Origin: Flectonema sp. DT1601
Taxonomy: Eukaryota
NCBI GenBank assembly: GCA_964019425.1
Contig: OZ025786.1
Coordinates: 62,001-126,000 of the forward strand
Direction of reading: 5' to 3'
Length of the DNA: 64,000 nucleotides
In this document: positions 50,968 to 64,000 of the stretch, piece by piece
Layout of the letters: every line of letters begins with the position of its first letter
Position numbering within the stretch: the first letter of the stretch is position 1
Made by a program: the position numbers and the translations under genes
The notes under the pieces: model-generated
Seen by the model: only the letters and a program-made list of their open reading frames with translations
The model's database searches: none
What the model was told of the DNA's origin: nothing

Positions 50968-52703
50968 TGGAATCCAACCATCGATTTCCGTAGCGACCAC
51001 TTCTGTAATGTTAGATAAGGATTTGAATAATAAAAAATTCAAAAAATAAAACAAAACAAAACAAAAACCAAATCAGCAAGACTTCAGAGTTTAATCATTA
51101 GCTTTGTTTTTTTGTTTGCCTTTTTTTTCTCCTATTTTATTAATAATTATGAATCCTTCCTGTATGGGATGGAAGGAATACCTGCGAAACCCAAAAACAA
51201 CAACAAGGACAAAAAGAAAGAAAAAAAAGAAAACGAAATTCCAAAAAAAATCAAAATCAAAATCAAAAAGGTAAATATCAAAAAGGTAAATATGTGTTAT
51301 AGAAAACTGTAAAAAGTAATCAATCTCGTGAAGAAGAATCGGAGGAATTCTTTTTCACGAATCTCCATTTTAATAATAACTTTTCATCACAAGAAAGTAT
51401 TATTATTATTTTTTTCTTCCCTAACCAAAATACAGTTTTTCATCAGCTGACTGAACTCGCAGCTGCTTTTTATCTCGCGAGACTTGTCAGACCGACTACT
51501 CGTTTTCATTTTTTGAATTAACCGATCGACAGTTTTATCTTAACCATCGCATGCTGTTGTTGTTACTAGACTTGGAGGATATCTGTCACGATAAGTTCGA
51601 GTTGGTTTTCAAAAATGTGGATTTTCATTTGTCGGAAAGTAGTGAACGAACAAAGAAAACCATTTCTTAATTATTTTTTTTTTTTTTTTTTTTTTTTTCC
51701 CCTATTCCCCCATCACGAATTCACGCACGATAAGTATTCCTCCAAACAATAATAACATAAATATAGAAAGATAGAAACATAATCATAAAAGAGCCGTACC
51801 AACAGTTAACTAAAATGACAGTTGACACCGTAAGGTAAGACTCCAACATTATTATCAATGTTCTAACTCATCCACATGAATGTCTCTTTACTGAATAGGG
51901 TGGAACTACATGCAAACTACACAGCAAGACATAAAACCGATTCGCAAACTAGAAACAAAATTCCAAAACGTTTTCAGGGGGAAAGAGAGCGAGAGAGAGA
52001 GACTTTTTTTTTTGGACAACAGAAAATAACCATTTTAACTCGAAATAGGGCGAACGAAATAAAAAAATAAAAAAAAACCTCCCCCGAGACTGAATATGGC
52101 TGCCCCAGAGCACCACCATATTGCAAAAAAACACAGAGAAGTATTTGAGTAGAAGGAATTTAGTAAAACACAACTACGTATTGTATCATTACATAATTTA
52201 ACATTCTTAGAGAGATTTTAATTTTCGATAGGAACCCATGACATCCTTCTTTACTTTAATTATCTGGTGGAACAGGTCTGGAGCGGGTTTGTAAAAAAAA
52301 AAAGTTTTTTTTCTGAAGTGTACAAAACAGAGTTGTTCCGGGGAGGGAGAGGGTTAAGAAAATAATTCAACATCTTCATCCTCCCCCCGAATATAGTACA
52401 ATAAGTCGAACACTCGCCAAAGGGCGAGTAACAAATTCATTTAAGAAAGTAACATAAAAAAAAGAACGCAATTGAGAGAACAAGCTTTCTTAAAGTGACT
52501 CATACGAGGCGGTGATTTCATTCGCTGAGTTTCCTCAGGACTTTGTGTATAACTACTTTCAAATGTTCAGTATTTCAAAACCAGGTCGCACTGTTTCAAA
52601 ATAGACACCGCCACTTCACTTAGTAACTACCCCTTCGTGTTAAGATACTAACAGAGTAGTACTAAGGTAACAAAACAAACTACAACTGTTTCAGTGAGAG
52701 TTG

Positions 52704-54077
52704 TTATTCCGCAAGTCGGAGAGTCTCAAGTTCCTCATCAGTTGGTTCTGGTGCTGGTAGGTCAGGAGATGGAGACGGTGATGAAGATGAGGATGGAGAT
52801 GGGGACGGAGATGGAGATGGCGGGGAAGGGAACTCCTCCCGCTGCTCTATTTCAGGCAACTCAATAGCGTTCTCTTGATCAGCAATCTCAACTGGTGGCT
52901 CAGGAGCAGCGATCTCAACTGGTGGCTCAGGAGCAGCGATCTCAACTGGTGGCTCAGGAGCAGCAATCTCTAATCCAGTCTGTCGATCTTCATCAGACTC
53001 ATCTTTATCATCTAAATCATCATAGACTCTCTGTCTACAGACTGGACACTCGGGATACTTCTTTTGAGATTTACCAATTTGATACATAACGTAGTCAGTC
53101 ATACATGAGAAGTGTAGTTTGTGTCCACAAGGGAACTGTCCACATCTCTGTTCAGTGAGGTCAGATAGACAGATGCTGCATTGACTTATTGTATCTTCAG
53201 GTGTGATGTTTATAATTAGTTTTTGTAGAAATACCTCATATCGTTGTTTGTGGCTTTCGATTAGTTCTGTTTCGAGGGAATTGTCGTTTACTCTGCGAGA
53301 GACTCTCCTGCTGTTTGAACATTGCAGTACGATCCCCCATGAAAACAACGCCATTATTAATAAAAATGATCCAGCAGCCCATTTCCAAGCTAAGGCTGCT
53401 TTTCTTTTCCACGCATAACCTTTACTATCAAGACAGCAGGGGTTCTCGTTAGCAGTCCATAAACAGCTGTCTCTGGGAGCAGCTGAGCAGCCTGCTTCAG
53501 CTGTAAACAGACATCCAAGAGGGAGAGTATATACTTTATGGTTACAATCACCAAGACCCCATCCATCATCTACCCGAAGAGTGTTATTCTTTTTAGAGAA
53601 ATCTGTATCACATCGACATGAGTTGAACGCTTGTGTCCAAATAACATTAACAGATTGATACGGAGTGGTATCTTCTGGTGTGTTTGCTTCTATTGGTTTA
53701 ATTCCAGGAAGTGATTCCAATGGATGAAAGGATGGTTGATCCCAAGAGAATGGAGCTTTTGAAAAACATGATCTAATACATCCTTCAAGTGTTGGTGAGG
53801 ATTCGATTGTTGAATAATCTTCTTTAAAGGTTACTGTTGTTGGGAGTGATAGTACGTCATCAACGTATCCACATCCTGCATAATAACTAGAGTGATAGTC
53901 TTGTAGAAACTCTCCGTACATGGAAGTACATTGTGCATTCTGACCTGGCCATATGATTTCAGGGAGTCCATTCACAACTTGTTCAACAAGAGATGGCCTC
54001 CAACCACTGTCTCTCATCCATGTATCATTACCACTCATACTACTCGCTGTGATTGCTATGGCTAACCATCCAGTCAT
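52704..54077 (-). CDS. Transmembrane RING-H2 E3-ligase-like protein
   Basis: Cys-rich ectodomain, TM, CSICLSD...CGHKLHFSC...CPVCR, PPVEIAAPE repeats; start uncertain. Confidence 0.85.
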   Translation of the reverse strand: MTGWLAIAITASSMSGNDTWMRDSGWRPSLVEQVVNGLPEIIWPGQNAQCTSMYGEFLQDYHSSYYAGCGYVDDVLSLPTTVTFKEDYSTIESSPTLEGCIRSCFSKAPFSWDQPSFHPLESLPGIKPIEANTPEDTTPYQSVNVIWTQAFNSCRCDTDFSKKNNTLRVDDGWGLGDCNHKVYTLPLGCLFTAEAGCSAAPRDSCLWTANENPCCLDSKGYAWKRKAALAWKWAAGSFLLIMALFSWGIVLQCSNSRRVSRRVNDNSLETELIESHKQRYEVFLQKLIINITPEDTISQCSICLSDLTEQRCGQFPCGHKLHFSCMTDYVMYQIGKSQKKYPECPVCRQRVYDDLDDKDESDEDRQTGLEIAAPEPPVEIAAPEPPVEIAAPEPPVEIADQENAIELPEIEQREEFPSPPSPSPSPSPSSSSSPSPSPDLPAPEPTDEELETLRLAE

Positions 54078-55017
54078 GGAGAATCTATTGTTTGTTTGTG
54101 AGGGGTGGGGTGAGGGTGTTGCTGAAAAAGAAATATAAATATATATCTCAACCATCTTATAAATTAATTGAGTTGCAGATACGGCTACCTCCACTTTCTT
54201 ATCTGATCTGCAGGGAAGATAAATATTATTTTCAGGTAGGTAATCTCTTACAATAGAAACAAAGGCTAAGACTTTCCCCACCTAAAAAAGTGGGGAAAGA
54301 AACCAGTGCTGCTCACCTATGAGCGCAGTGTTGTTGTAGTTGTTTTTTTTTTTTTTTTCCCCTCTTTGTTGCCTTGTCCTTCCCGAAAACAATACCAGCA
54401 ATCACTCTGTTTATTCTTGGAGGTTTTTTTTTTTTTTTTTTTCCCTGCAATTGCCACTCCTTAGCTACTTACACAAAGGTATCAACCGAAAAACGGAAAG
54501 GGAGGGTAAACAAAAAAAAAAAAAAAAAAAGGAAACTGGTGGATGAATTCACTTCTCTGGTTTCTGTCAACGAATCGACGTGACAAAAAAAAAAAAAAGA
54601 AAAAGCAAGTAGTATTGTAAAAAATAAATAAAGAGGGGGAAAAGAAAGGAGAAATGATAAACAACCAGGGTAGGTGATAAGGTAAAAAACGGATGCAAAA
54701 ATTCTGCATATCCGGTACACGGTCACAATGCACGTAGACTTCTCTTTTATTATTTTTCTTTTTTTTTTTTTTTGCCCATTTTTATTATTAATATTATTTT
54801 TTTATATTTTTTTTTTTTTAATTATTTTCTCCAGTTTTTGCTAACTCACTCGGGATTTTGTAGGGTCGGGTTTCTCAGACAAAGAACTATCGCAATGGGG
54901 CAACGTGATAAATTTCTGTGCAAAAAAAAAAACGCTTACTTGATTCACACACACGAGCACGAAATTATTCACGACAAATGACGCGGTTACTATCACCTGC
55001 TTAGGACTGAAAGCCAT

Positions 55018-55058
<41 letters not shown>

Positions 55059-56426
55059 ATTCAGATTAGCCTTATATTTCGTTGAACGCAGACAGAATCC
55101 TGTCGCACGGGGAAAATAAATCATGACCATAAAGAAATAACGGCTTTCAATGGAGTAGGTCTTCTCCGACGGCGTCGGTACAAAGAAAAAGGGGGAAGGG
55201 AAACACAGGGTGAAAAAATATTTTGTGGCTCAGCCCAGAAACAGTTCTCAAACTCCTTGACGACAAGAGATCCCCAAACACGGCGACACACAAAAAAAAA
55301 AAAAGAAATCGCTGCTTTTTTTTTTGTTTTCCTGTTGGTTGTCATTGTCGCATCCAACCTACAAAAAAAAAAAGAATTTTTCTTCTGTTAAAAACCCACA
55401 AACACAATAACAAAATACTTTTTTTTACGGGACTTTAGTTAGGCAGATTGAGAAAAACACACCACCTTTTAATAAAAAGATAGGTTCACCACAAAGATGA
55501 AAGGTAAAAAAAGAAACAAGAGTGAGGGGAGAAAGAAATCCTTTGGGAAACAATGTGATAAAGGTGAAAAGGGGAGTGAAAAAAGCAAGGGGGAAGAAAG
55601 AAAAGAAAAAAAAACACGCAAAAAAAAAAGAAGCAAAAATTCAAACACTCTACCTACCTGTTAAAATAGAAGGGCTCTAAGTGCACACCAACTGTATTGT
55701 TACATTTCGATATCTGTTAAAGATAAAAGGAACCACAGTGATGATCCTCTGAAGGAAGAAGTTTTTTTTTTTTCTTTTTTTTTTTTTTGTTGCTTTCCCC
55801 TTTTTTTGGGGGATAAAAACACACAACACACACCAACAAAACATAATATAAAAAAAAGAAGAAAAACGATTGAAACAAAGTTGTAAGGTATAAGGCGCTT
55901 GCCACTTTTTTTTCCCCATCCGTTCCCCTCCTTCATTAGCCAGTGGCAAAAACCACCATCTTCCCCCGTCTGGCGTTAAGCTCCGATACTGAGAAAAAAG
56001 AAAAGCGGGGAAGGGAAAGTGGGGGGTAAACTGTTTGCGAATATAATTTCTGTATTGCATCAAACCTAAATAATGAAATCAAAAAAAAACTCATCACACA
56101 ATTGACTAATAATGTTAATACAGGCTAACACTCTGCCAATGAAGTACGCACTCTACATTATAATAAATGTTTCTAACGTATCTGTTGTCATTCAGTGCAG
56201 TACGGAATCGAGTTATTCAATTACGAATAAATCGTGAGCCCTGGGAAACCAAAACCAGGGTACAATGTTATACAGCAGAGTGATAAAAATGAACATTTCT
56301 TAATAAAAGGGGAATTATTAATACGAAACGAGGGGTGGAAGAATCGGAATGGAAAAATATAATCCCAACTTCTAACTTGGAGAGGTGTAGAAGAAGGAAA
56401 CCTTTATTTTTAAAAAAAATCTGGTC

Positions 56427-56459
<33 letters not shown>

Positions 56460-57212
56460 CCTCTTCTTCTTTGTACAGTTCGGATGTGTTGGTCGAAACA
56501 ATTTTTTTTTCAAAGAAAAAACAAAAAAATAAATAAATAAACAGCAAAAACGGTATTATGCTGTACTTTGTGTTTTTTTTTTTTTTTTTTTGTCTACCGT
56601 AAGTATGCATTAGCTCTTGTAAGTCGTGGACAGCATCCCCTCCTTCTCTCCCTTCCCAATACAACTTTGTCACTCGGAGAAGAATGAAAACAGGATGAAG
56701 AAAAATAACGAAAACAGATAATTGCAAAGGAAGAGACATTCAGAAAAGAAAGGGAGTGTCCACCCACAAGAGAGCTTAGTTTTTTTGTTTTTTTTTTTCT
56801 TCTTCTTCTCTTTTTGGTAACAAAACACCAGATAATCAGATGAGCTAGAAAAGAGTACCTTTGTGTTGTTCCCAACATTCCTTTTGTTTTTGTTTTTTGT
56901 TTTTTTTTTTCCCTACATGAAAGGAACTTGGCTCGGTATAAATACAAAGAAATCAGCAGCAATAACTGCCGTATTACTGAGAGCGGTGGTACTCCTTTTT
57001 TTTCACTTTTTTTTTTTGAGGGTAAAACAGGGGGAAATTAAAAAAAACCAACCGAAAGTTTGTGTGTAGACAAACTAAATTGAGTGTGAGAAGCAGGTCT
57101 TTTTATTTTATTATTTATTATTTATTATTTTTTTTTTTTTTTTTTTTGCAAAGTAACGGGAGAGGGGTAAGTTCGTAAAAGGGAAGCAACACCGATAACA
57201 CCACACTAACAC

Positions 57213-60200
57213 CTATTGATTTTGGAGAACATAAAAATCTTTCTTTTCAACGGTCTCTTCCTCGACCTCGGCCTTCTCAAAATGCCACTCGTCATACACA
57301 CCAGCCGAAGACTTAGCTGGCCACCAGAATTTATCTCCCATGAGGAACGCACAAGCTGGAACAAAGATCGTTGACAATAAAAACGTGTCAAGCAAAACCG
57401 ATGCTACCAGAATTACAGAAAACTGATTCAGACTAACAACGTGAGAGAACATTAAACCTCCGAAAGCAACCGACATAATAATTCCTGCTCCACAGATTGT
57501 TGATCCAACAGAGTACAATCCCTTTAGGATAGCCGCTGATGAAGTATACTTCTTACGGTATTCAGCAATTCTTGTTAACATAAAGATATCGTAATCGATA
57601 GCTAAGGCAACCGTGATTGAAATAGCCATTGGAGGTACACTCCAGGATACACCTTCGTCTTTAAAATCACCATTGAGGTATGAATAAAACCAACTGAAGG
57701 CTGTAGTCTGAAAGAAGTAGTAAGCAAGTCTGTTTTTTTTAAATTATTAAATCATAATTATTCAATCTTGATAACCTCATAGTAATAAATACATACCCAA
57801 ATGATGACGCTGTACTGTATCCAATAGTGATCGCCATAATCAAAGGAATGGACGCAGATCTGAATACAATCGAAACGATAACAACAACAGCTCCTAATAA
57901 TGCTCCCAACATTTTGTACATGTAATCATCGACAATCTGTTGGTTTTTTTAATTATTATTATTTTTGTCATCAGAGAAAGGGGACTACTCAGGAAGCAGC
58001 AGGGGACACATGATATGCTTCTAGTCAGTCTCTCACCAGTATGAGTTATCAGAGAAGGGGGACACGCGATACGAGCAACAGTCTCACATATATATCTGAC
58101 CCTGATACTACTCAGGAAGCAACAGGGGACACATGATATGCTTCTAGTCAGTCTCTCACCAGTATGAGTTATCAGAGAAGGGGGACACACGATACGAGCA
58201 ACAATCTCACATATATATCTGACCCTGATACTACTCAGGAAGCAGCAGGGGACACATGATATGCTTCTAGTCAGTCTCTCACCAGTATGAGTTATCAGAG
58301 AAGGGGGACACGCGATACGAGCAACAATCTCACATATATATCTGACCCTGATACTACTCAGGAAGCAGCAGGGGACACATGATATGCTTCTAGTCAGTCT
58401 CTCACCAGTATGAGTTATCAGAGAAGGGGGACACGCGATACGAGCAACAATCTCACATATATATCTGACCCTGATACTACTCAGGAAGCAGCAGGGGACA
58501 CATGATATGCTTCTAGTCAGTCTCTCACCAGTATGAGTTATCAGAGAAGGGGGACACGCGATACGAGCAACAATCTCACATATATATCTGACCCTGATAC
58601 TACTCAGGAAGCAGCAGGGGACACATGATATGCTTCTAGTCAGTCTCTCACCAGTATGAGTTATCAGAGAAGGGAGACACGCGATACGAGCAACAATCTC
58701 ACATATATATCTGACCCTGATACTACTCAGGAAGCAGCAGGGGACGCATGATATGCTTCTAGTCAGTCTCTCACCAGTATGAGTTATCAGAGAAGGGGGA
58801 CACGCGATACGAGCAACAATCTCACATATATATCTGACCCTGATACTACTCAGGAAGCAGCAGGGGACGCATGATATGCTTCTAGTCAGTCTCTCACCAG
58901 TATGAGTTATCAGAGAAGGGGGACACGCGATACGAGCAACAATCTCACATATATATCTGACCCTGATACTACTCAGGAAGCAGCAGGGGACACATGATAT
59001 GCTTCTAGTCAGTCTCTCACCAGTATGAGTTATCAGAGAAGGGGGACACGCGATACGAGCAACAGTCTCACATATATATCTGACCCTGATACTACTCAGG
59101 AAGCAGCAGGGGACGCATGATATGCTTCTAGTCAGTCTCTCACCAGTATGAGTTATCAGAGAAGGGGGACACGCGATACGAGCAACAATCTCACATATAT
59201 ATCTGACCCTGATACTACTCAGGAAGCAGCAGGGGACACATGATATGCTTCTAGTCAGTCTCTCACCAGTATGAGTTATCAGAGAAGGGGGACACGCGAT
59301 ACGAGCAACAGTCTCACATATATATCTGACCCTGATACTACTCAGGAAGCAGCAGGGGACACATGATATGCTTCTAGTCAGTCTCTCACCAGTATGAGTT
59401 ATCAGAGAGGGGGGACACGCGATACGAGCAACAATCTCACATATATATCTGACCCTGATACTACTCAGGAAGCAGCAGGGGACACATGATATGCTTCTAG
59501 TCAGTCTCTCACCAGTATGAGTTATCAGAGAAGGGGGACACGCGATACGAGCAACAATCTCACATATATATCTGACCCTGATACTACTCAGGAAGCAGCA
59601 GGGGACACATGATATGCTGAAGTGTAATCAAAACAAACCCTTCAGTATCATATGTTGTGAATGAGAAGTAATTATTTTAAAAGACATACCTTGTTGAAGT
59701 CGTATGGGATTGTGTTTCCACCTGCCAGGTAGACGTTGATGTTTGGGTGAGCGGCAGTGAAGTTCTTCATGACAGGGAACATCGCGTCCATCCACTTTGA
59801 AGCAGCACGACCAGTAGGTTCAAAAGGAGTAAAGACTCTGTAGTATGCAGCACGAATAACGTCATCTTTAACCATGTGAGTCTGACCTTCAACAACAAAG
59901 GCAATAGTCTGACCAGTTGGTGATATTGTTGACAGGTTGTGTTTCTTGTTGGCTATTTCAACATTTAGAAGAATACCTTTCCAAACAGTCTCAGGCATGT
60001 AGTCAATCACTTGTTGTGGACAAGTGCTGTTCCACTTTTTATCAGCTGTAATACAATTGAAATTGAATCCAGTAAAAGAATCAGGAACAACCATTGTCGC
60101 TCCGTTAGAATCGCAGGAGCACTGCGACTTTGTTGGACAGCATTTGAATGCGTTTTCAACAAATGGCATTCCTAAATCATCGAATATCTCAACAGGAGAA

Positions 60201-61936
60201 GGATATCTAAATCCATAAACTGTAGTTCCCATTAATGCCTTTCTGGGATCTCTTCCGGAGTTATCATCGAGAGGAGTGTTGTGAAGAACATCAACAACAA
60301 GTTCTGAAGCGTCCTCAACTTGAATTCCTTTTCCATCAACATCCTCCATTACTAGATAATATTGTTCAAATTGACCAGGTGGGAAGTACTTCGCCATCTT
60401 TCTCCAGGTGAGAGCAGATTGAGCGTTTCTTGGTACGTAACTAAAAGGGTCCAAACTAGTTTGAAGATCACCGAACCTGACGTACAAGAATGAAAACAAC
60501 GCCAACACCACAACAATTACTACGATTGGTGCTCTTTGAATTAGTTTACCCATCCTAAAGAAAAACGACTTCGCCTGTTTATCTTTCTCTGCTTCGATTT
60601 CTTCGTCATTTTCCTGTTCAACGACTTCGTGGTCAGAACCATTTTCGTCTTCATCGTTCGCAGGAGACTTGGCAATCTTTTTGTAGTCGTCTTTCTTACT
60701 GCAGTAACGGTCTTTGATGAATTGCGGGATTTCTGCTGGAACTGCGAAAAATGTTCCAAAAATAGCCAAAATCGACGGAGTCAAAGTAATATTGACGGCA
60801 ACAACCAAAGCAATAGTAATACCACAACAGATACCAGTTGAGATGAGTGCCTCACAAGGAATGATAGCCATGGAGAAGAAGGCAACTGATACCAAAGAAC
60901 CTGATCCCAAAACGGTTTCCATCGCAGTGTGGGTAATCATTAAATGCAAGTTTTCGTACAGTCCAAATCCAAGATCGTAGTTTTCCCTAAACCTCATTAA
61001 CAAGAAGAGGTTGTAATCGATATTAAGAGCAAGCATTGCAGACATCATCAGCTGAGGGGTCGTACTTTGAACTTTCATTGCCAAGGCGATTGGGTACGCA
61101 GCAGTGAACGCTGCTCCAATACAAATACCAATAGTAACAAGTGGGATGACCATCAGCCTCCAACTTCTTAAGAAGCATGCGAGGATGAAAAAGGCGATTG
61201 GAATAACAATTAAATCAGCGTGACTCGCATCCTTAATTGTTCCCTTACGAGCGTCAATAGTAAGAACTTGTTGACCAGTAATAGCACAGTCATAGTTGTT
61301 ATTAAAGTCAGCATGCTTTGCAGCAATATCCTTAACAATATCATCTCTTAAGAAGTCAATCATATGAACGTAAGGACTTCCATCAGCAGTACTTCCAGGG
61401 TTCTTTAAGGTAAGTTGAAAAATCTGAGCTTGGCCATCCGGTGAGATGTAAGAAGAGGCTATAGGATTACGAGTAGCATTCAACACAAAGTAATCTGTTA
61501 AGGTTACCTCAAGACCAGAAAACCTTTCTCCAGGAATGATGGTTTGGTTTATCGTGTGGTGAGCGTCAGCTACGAATTCACGTACCGCAGTGGTATTAGT
61601 GAGGGCGAATTCACCCGTACTGGAACGCGATGTAATGACCATAATAATAATAGAAGACGCTTCTTGAGGAGCCCAGTATCTGTTCATTGCTTTCTTTGCG
61701 TGATCTGACGGATGACCTGAAGGTGGATCAAATGCCAGGGATGTCTCTCCTTGAAGTTTTGGTGCAAATATAGCAAACATTGGACAGAATACCAACCATC
61801 CAATAATTAAACAAACTGATATTTTACGTAACTTCATAGGGATTGCTCCAGGCTTTCCCTCTGGTCCTCCGAAGAACTCAAATCCTTTGCAACCTCCACA
61901 TTTACCCTCGTCACCTATCTCTTCGTATCCTCCCAT
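57213..61936 (-). CDS. MMPL/RND-family transporter; 3 exons (introns 57937-59689, 57730-57796)
   Basis: Two ALxIDY.LF.L.R..E TM4-type motifs, FRSW/FRSA; splicing keeps the frame. Confidence 0.9.
57971..59620 (-). repeat. 123-bp tandem array (~13.4 units) in MMPL intron 1
   Basis: GATATGCT recurs every 123 bp from 58012 to 59611. Confidence 0.98.
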
Positions 61937-64000
61937 GATGTTGTCTTTGTTATCACTGGATTGTAGAAATTAAATTGTGTTGTTAAAGGGCCGCCACTTG
62001 TTATTAGTTTCATTCCCAATCATCATCTTACATGCTGAACAGATAAAGTAAAGTAATAATTGCGGAGTAAACAAGGTTGAGGAGACGACACAAAATCCAG
62101 GAGGACTTTAAAAAAAAAAAAAAAAAAAAAAAGAATATAAAAAAAGTTAACACATTCGCAACTATGCCAAGCTCCAAGCTTCAGCGCATCATATAGTCTT
62201 TTTTTTGTTTTTTTTTGTTTTGCAGGCAGTCGATGTTCCGCTTTTTTTTTTTTTTTTTTTGGTTATGGTTTGTTTTGTCCTGCAATGTATGAAAATTTCA
62301 TTTTTTTTCTTTTTTTCTTTTTTTTTCCCATTGTTCTTTCACTCTTTCACTGTTGTTGTTGTTTTTTTTTTTTTTTTTTTTTTTTTTTCGCAAGGCAAAC
62401 TGACTATTTCATAATAAAATCGAGCACAGTATCATTAGTTCGTTTTTTTTTTTTTTCGTTTTTCGTTTTTTTAAATCTTTCAATGTGCATAAGATTTTCA
62501 TTTTTTTTTTTTTTTAAAAAAGAGTCGTCAACATTTTTCTTGTTATACAGCGAGAAAGATTTCTTGGCAACAAAAAATAAAAAAAAGGAGGGCTATGGCC
62601 ACACGTAAAAAAAAAGGGGATGCTCATTTCATTTTTTTAATTTTTTCCACTTTTCATTTTTTTTTTTTGAAACACATGATTATGAAAGGCTCTCTCTCCC
62701 CCCTTCGTATCCTGTGAGTTTAACTTTTTCCGTAATTATTGTTTTTTTTTTTTTTTTTTGTTCCTGTGTCTTCCTTCCTTGCTTTTTATCACATTGAAGG
62801 ATCTCGGGATGTGGGGATGGGGTGTTAGCTTTTTTTTTTTTTTTTTTTTTTTTAGTATTTCTATCGGCCACGTCGTTCATGGCTGTGCCCTTAAAGTGCA
62901 CGACCGATTTCAACCAGAAAGAGAAAAATGGGATGAGGGGTGAAAAAAAAAAAAAAAAAGATCGTAAAAAAACGTGTACCTGCTAATGTTGCTGTATGGT
63001 ATGAGTATCATGGGGAGGTGACTGACTCACAGCAACATAGGATCCAATCCGCAGCTGTTTCCGAAGACGCACCAGTTCAGTTACTGGTTCCTAAAAGGCA
63101 AGAGTTATACCTTCCCAGGAAGGAGGGAAGGGGGGGAAAAAAGGGGGAAAAAACGAGGCATTATGTCATCGTGTCGAACCTAGAACGTGTTTCTTAGAAA
63201 ATGAAGTACAACTCAAGATCGATGTCATTAAGGGACCTGACTAGTCCATTTGTGAAGAATGGGGAGAAAAGAAGAAGAAAAAAAACACTAATTTTTTTCT
63301 GTTTTTTTTTTTTTTGGCACAACTCAGAGAGCTTTAAAAAAAGGATTGCATAATGCCCATGATCCTCAAAAAAAAAAAAAAAAAAAAAAAAGCGGGGGAA
63401 GGCAGGGGGGGTTTTTTGTTCGATAATTATTGTTTTGTTTCTTGCTGTAGTTCTTCTTTCAATTTCATAATAAAAATTTTCTTACACTAAAGATAAGTGA
63501 ACGGGAGAAATAGAAAGGGAAGTGGGGGGGGTCTACAAATCACAGTAAACAACTACCCTCAAAAATGGTTCATAACAGAAATAAAGGGATAAAATAAAAA
63601 AAAAAAAGAAAGGGAGGGGGAATTGATCCAAGCATCTACCCCCAAAGAAAACTACCCAACCAACACACTGACAATCCCAAAAACAACTATAAAGCTGAAA
63701 TACGGCCTTGGTCACAACAGTAAACTAAATCGGGGTTTCAGCCAAACCTGGTTGCCATGTAAAAAGACCAACAGCTGGTATCGATAGAATCTCACACACG
63801 ATGTTTAATATGAGAATTCGGGGCCACCCACTACAGGTTGAGAGCCCCAAAAGGATGAAACTTTGACAAGTAGAAACTGATAACTTTTAGGAATAACCAA
63901 TCAATGAAAAGGTACACAAGGAGGGAGTTATCGTTTGAAGCATACCTATAATTATATAAATATTAGTTTAGTTAGTTATAATAATAAATATAGTGCATCG

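Noticed and set aside
57971..59620. Hammerhead or hairpin ribozyme (retrozyme) in the 123-bp unit
   Set aside because: The closest match, CUGAUAA-stem-AGAC, lacks the CUGANGA/GAAA core, and no hairpin-ribozyme loop A/B pair was found
63831..63873. Degenerate hammerhead-like string TTGAGAGCCCCAAAAGGATGAAAC
   Set aside because: Several invariant core bases and the NUH cleavage site are missing

Overview
AT-rich eukaryotic DNA with long poly-A/T intergenic tracts. About 24 protein genes all lie on the - strand, and several carry short GT-AG introns. This layout and the euglenozoan-type rRNA fragments suggest a diplonemid-like euglenozoan (inference). Genes include an FAD oxidoreductase, a nucleotide-diphospho-sugar transferase, an AlkB-like dioxygenase, two tandem ubiquitin-like+LRR paralogues, PARG, a FYVE protein, an LRR/CBM48/AIR9-like protein, PCNA, RPL5, SEC22, two cold-shock-domain proteins, an MFS sugar transporter, a PDI/ERp29-like protein, a RING protein and an MMPL/RND transporter. 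Mobile DNA comprises a (TAAA)n-tailed retroposon with nested palindromic elements, a pogo-type relic and a Sola-like TIR element. Three things stand out. (1) Two unrelated repeat families occur only inside introns, and on the transcribed strand both fold as a single hairpin followed by an AGA box, like euglenozoan H/ACA guide RNAs. (2) Three dispersed rRNA fragments are present. (3) All 14 reconstructed introns have A/C-rich rather than pyrimidine-rich acceptors. Intron models and RNA folds were worked out by eye.
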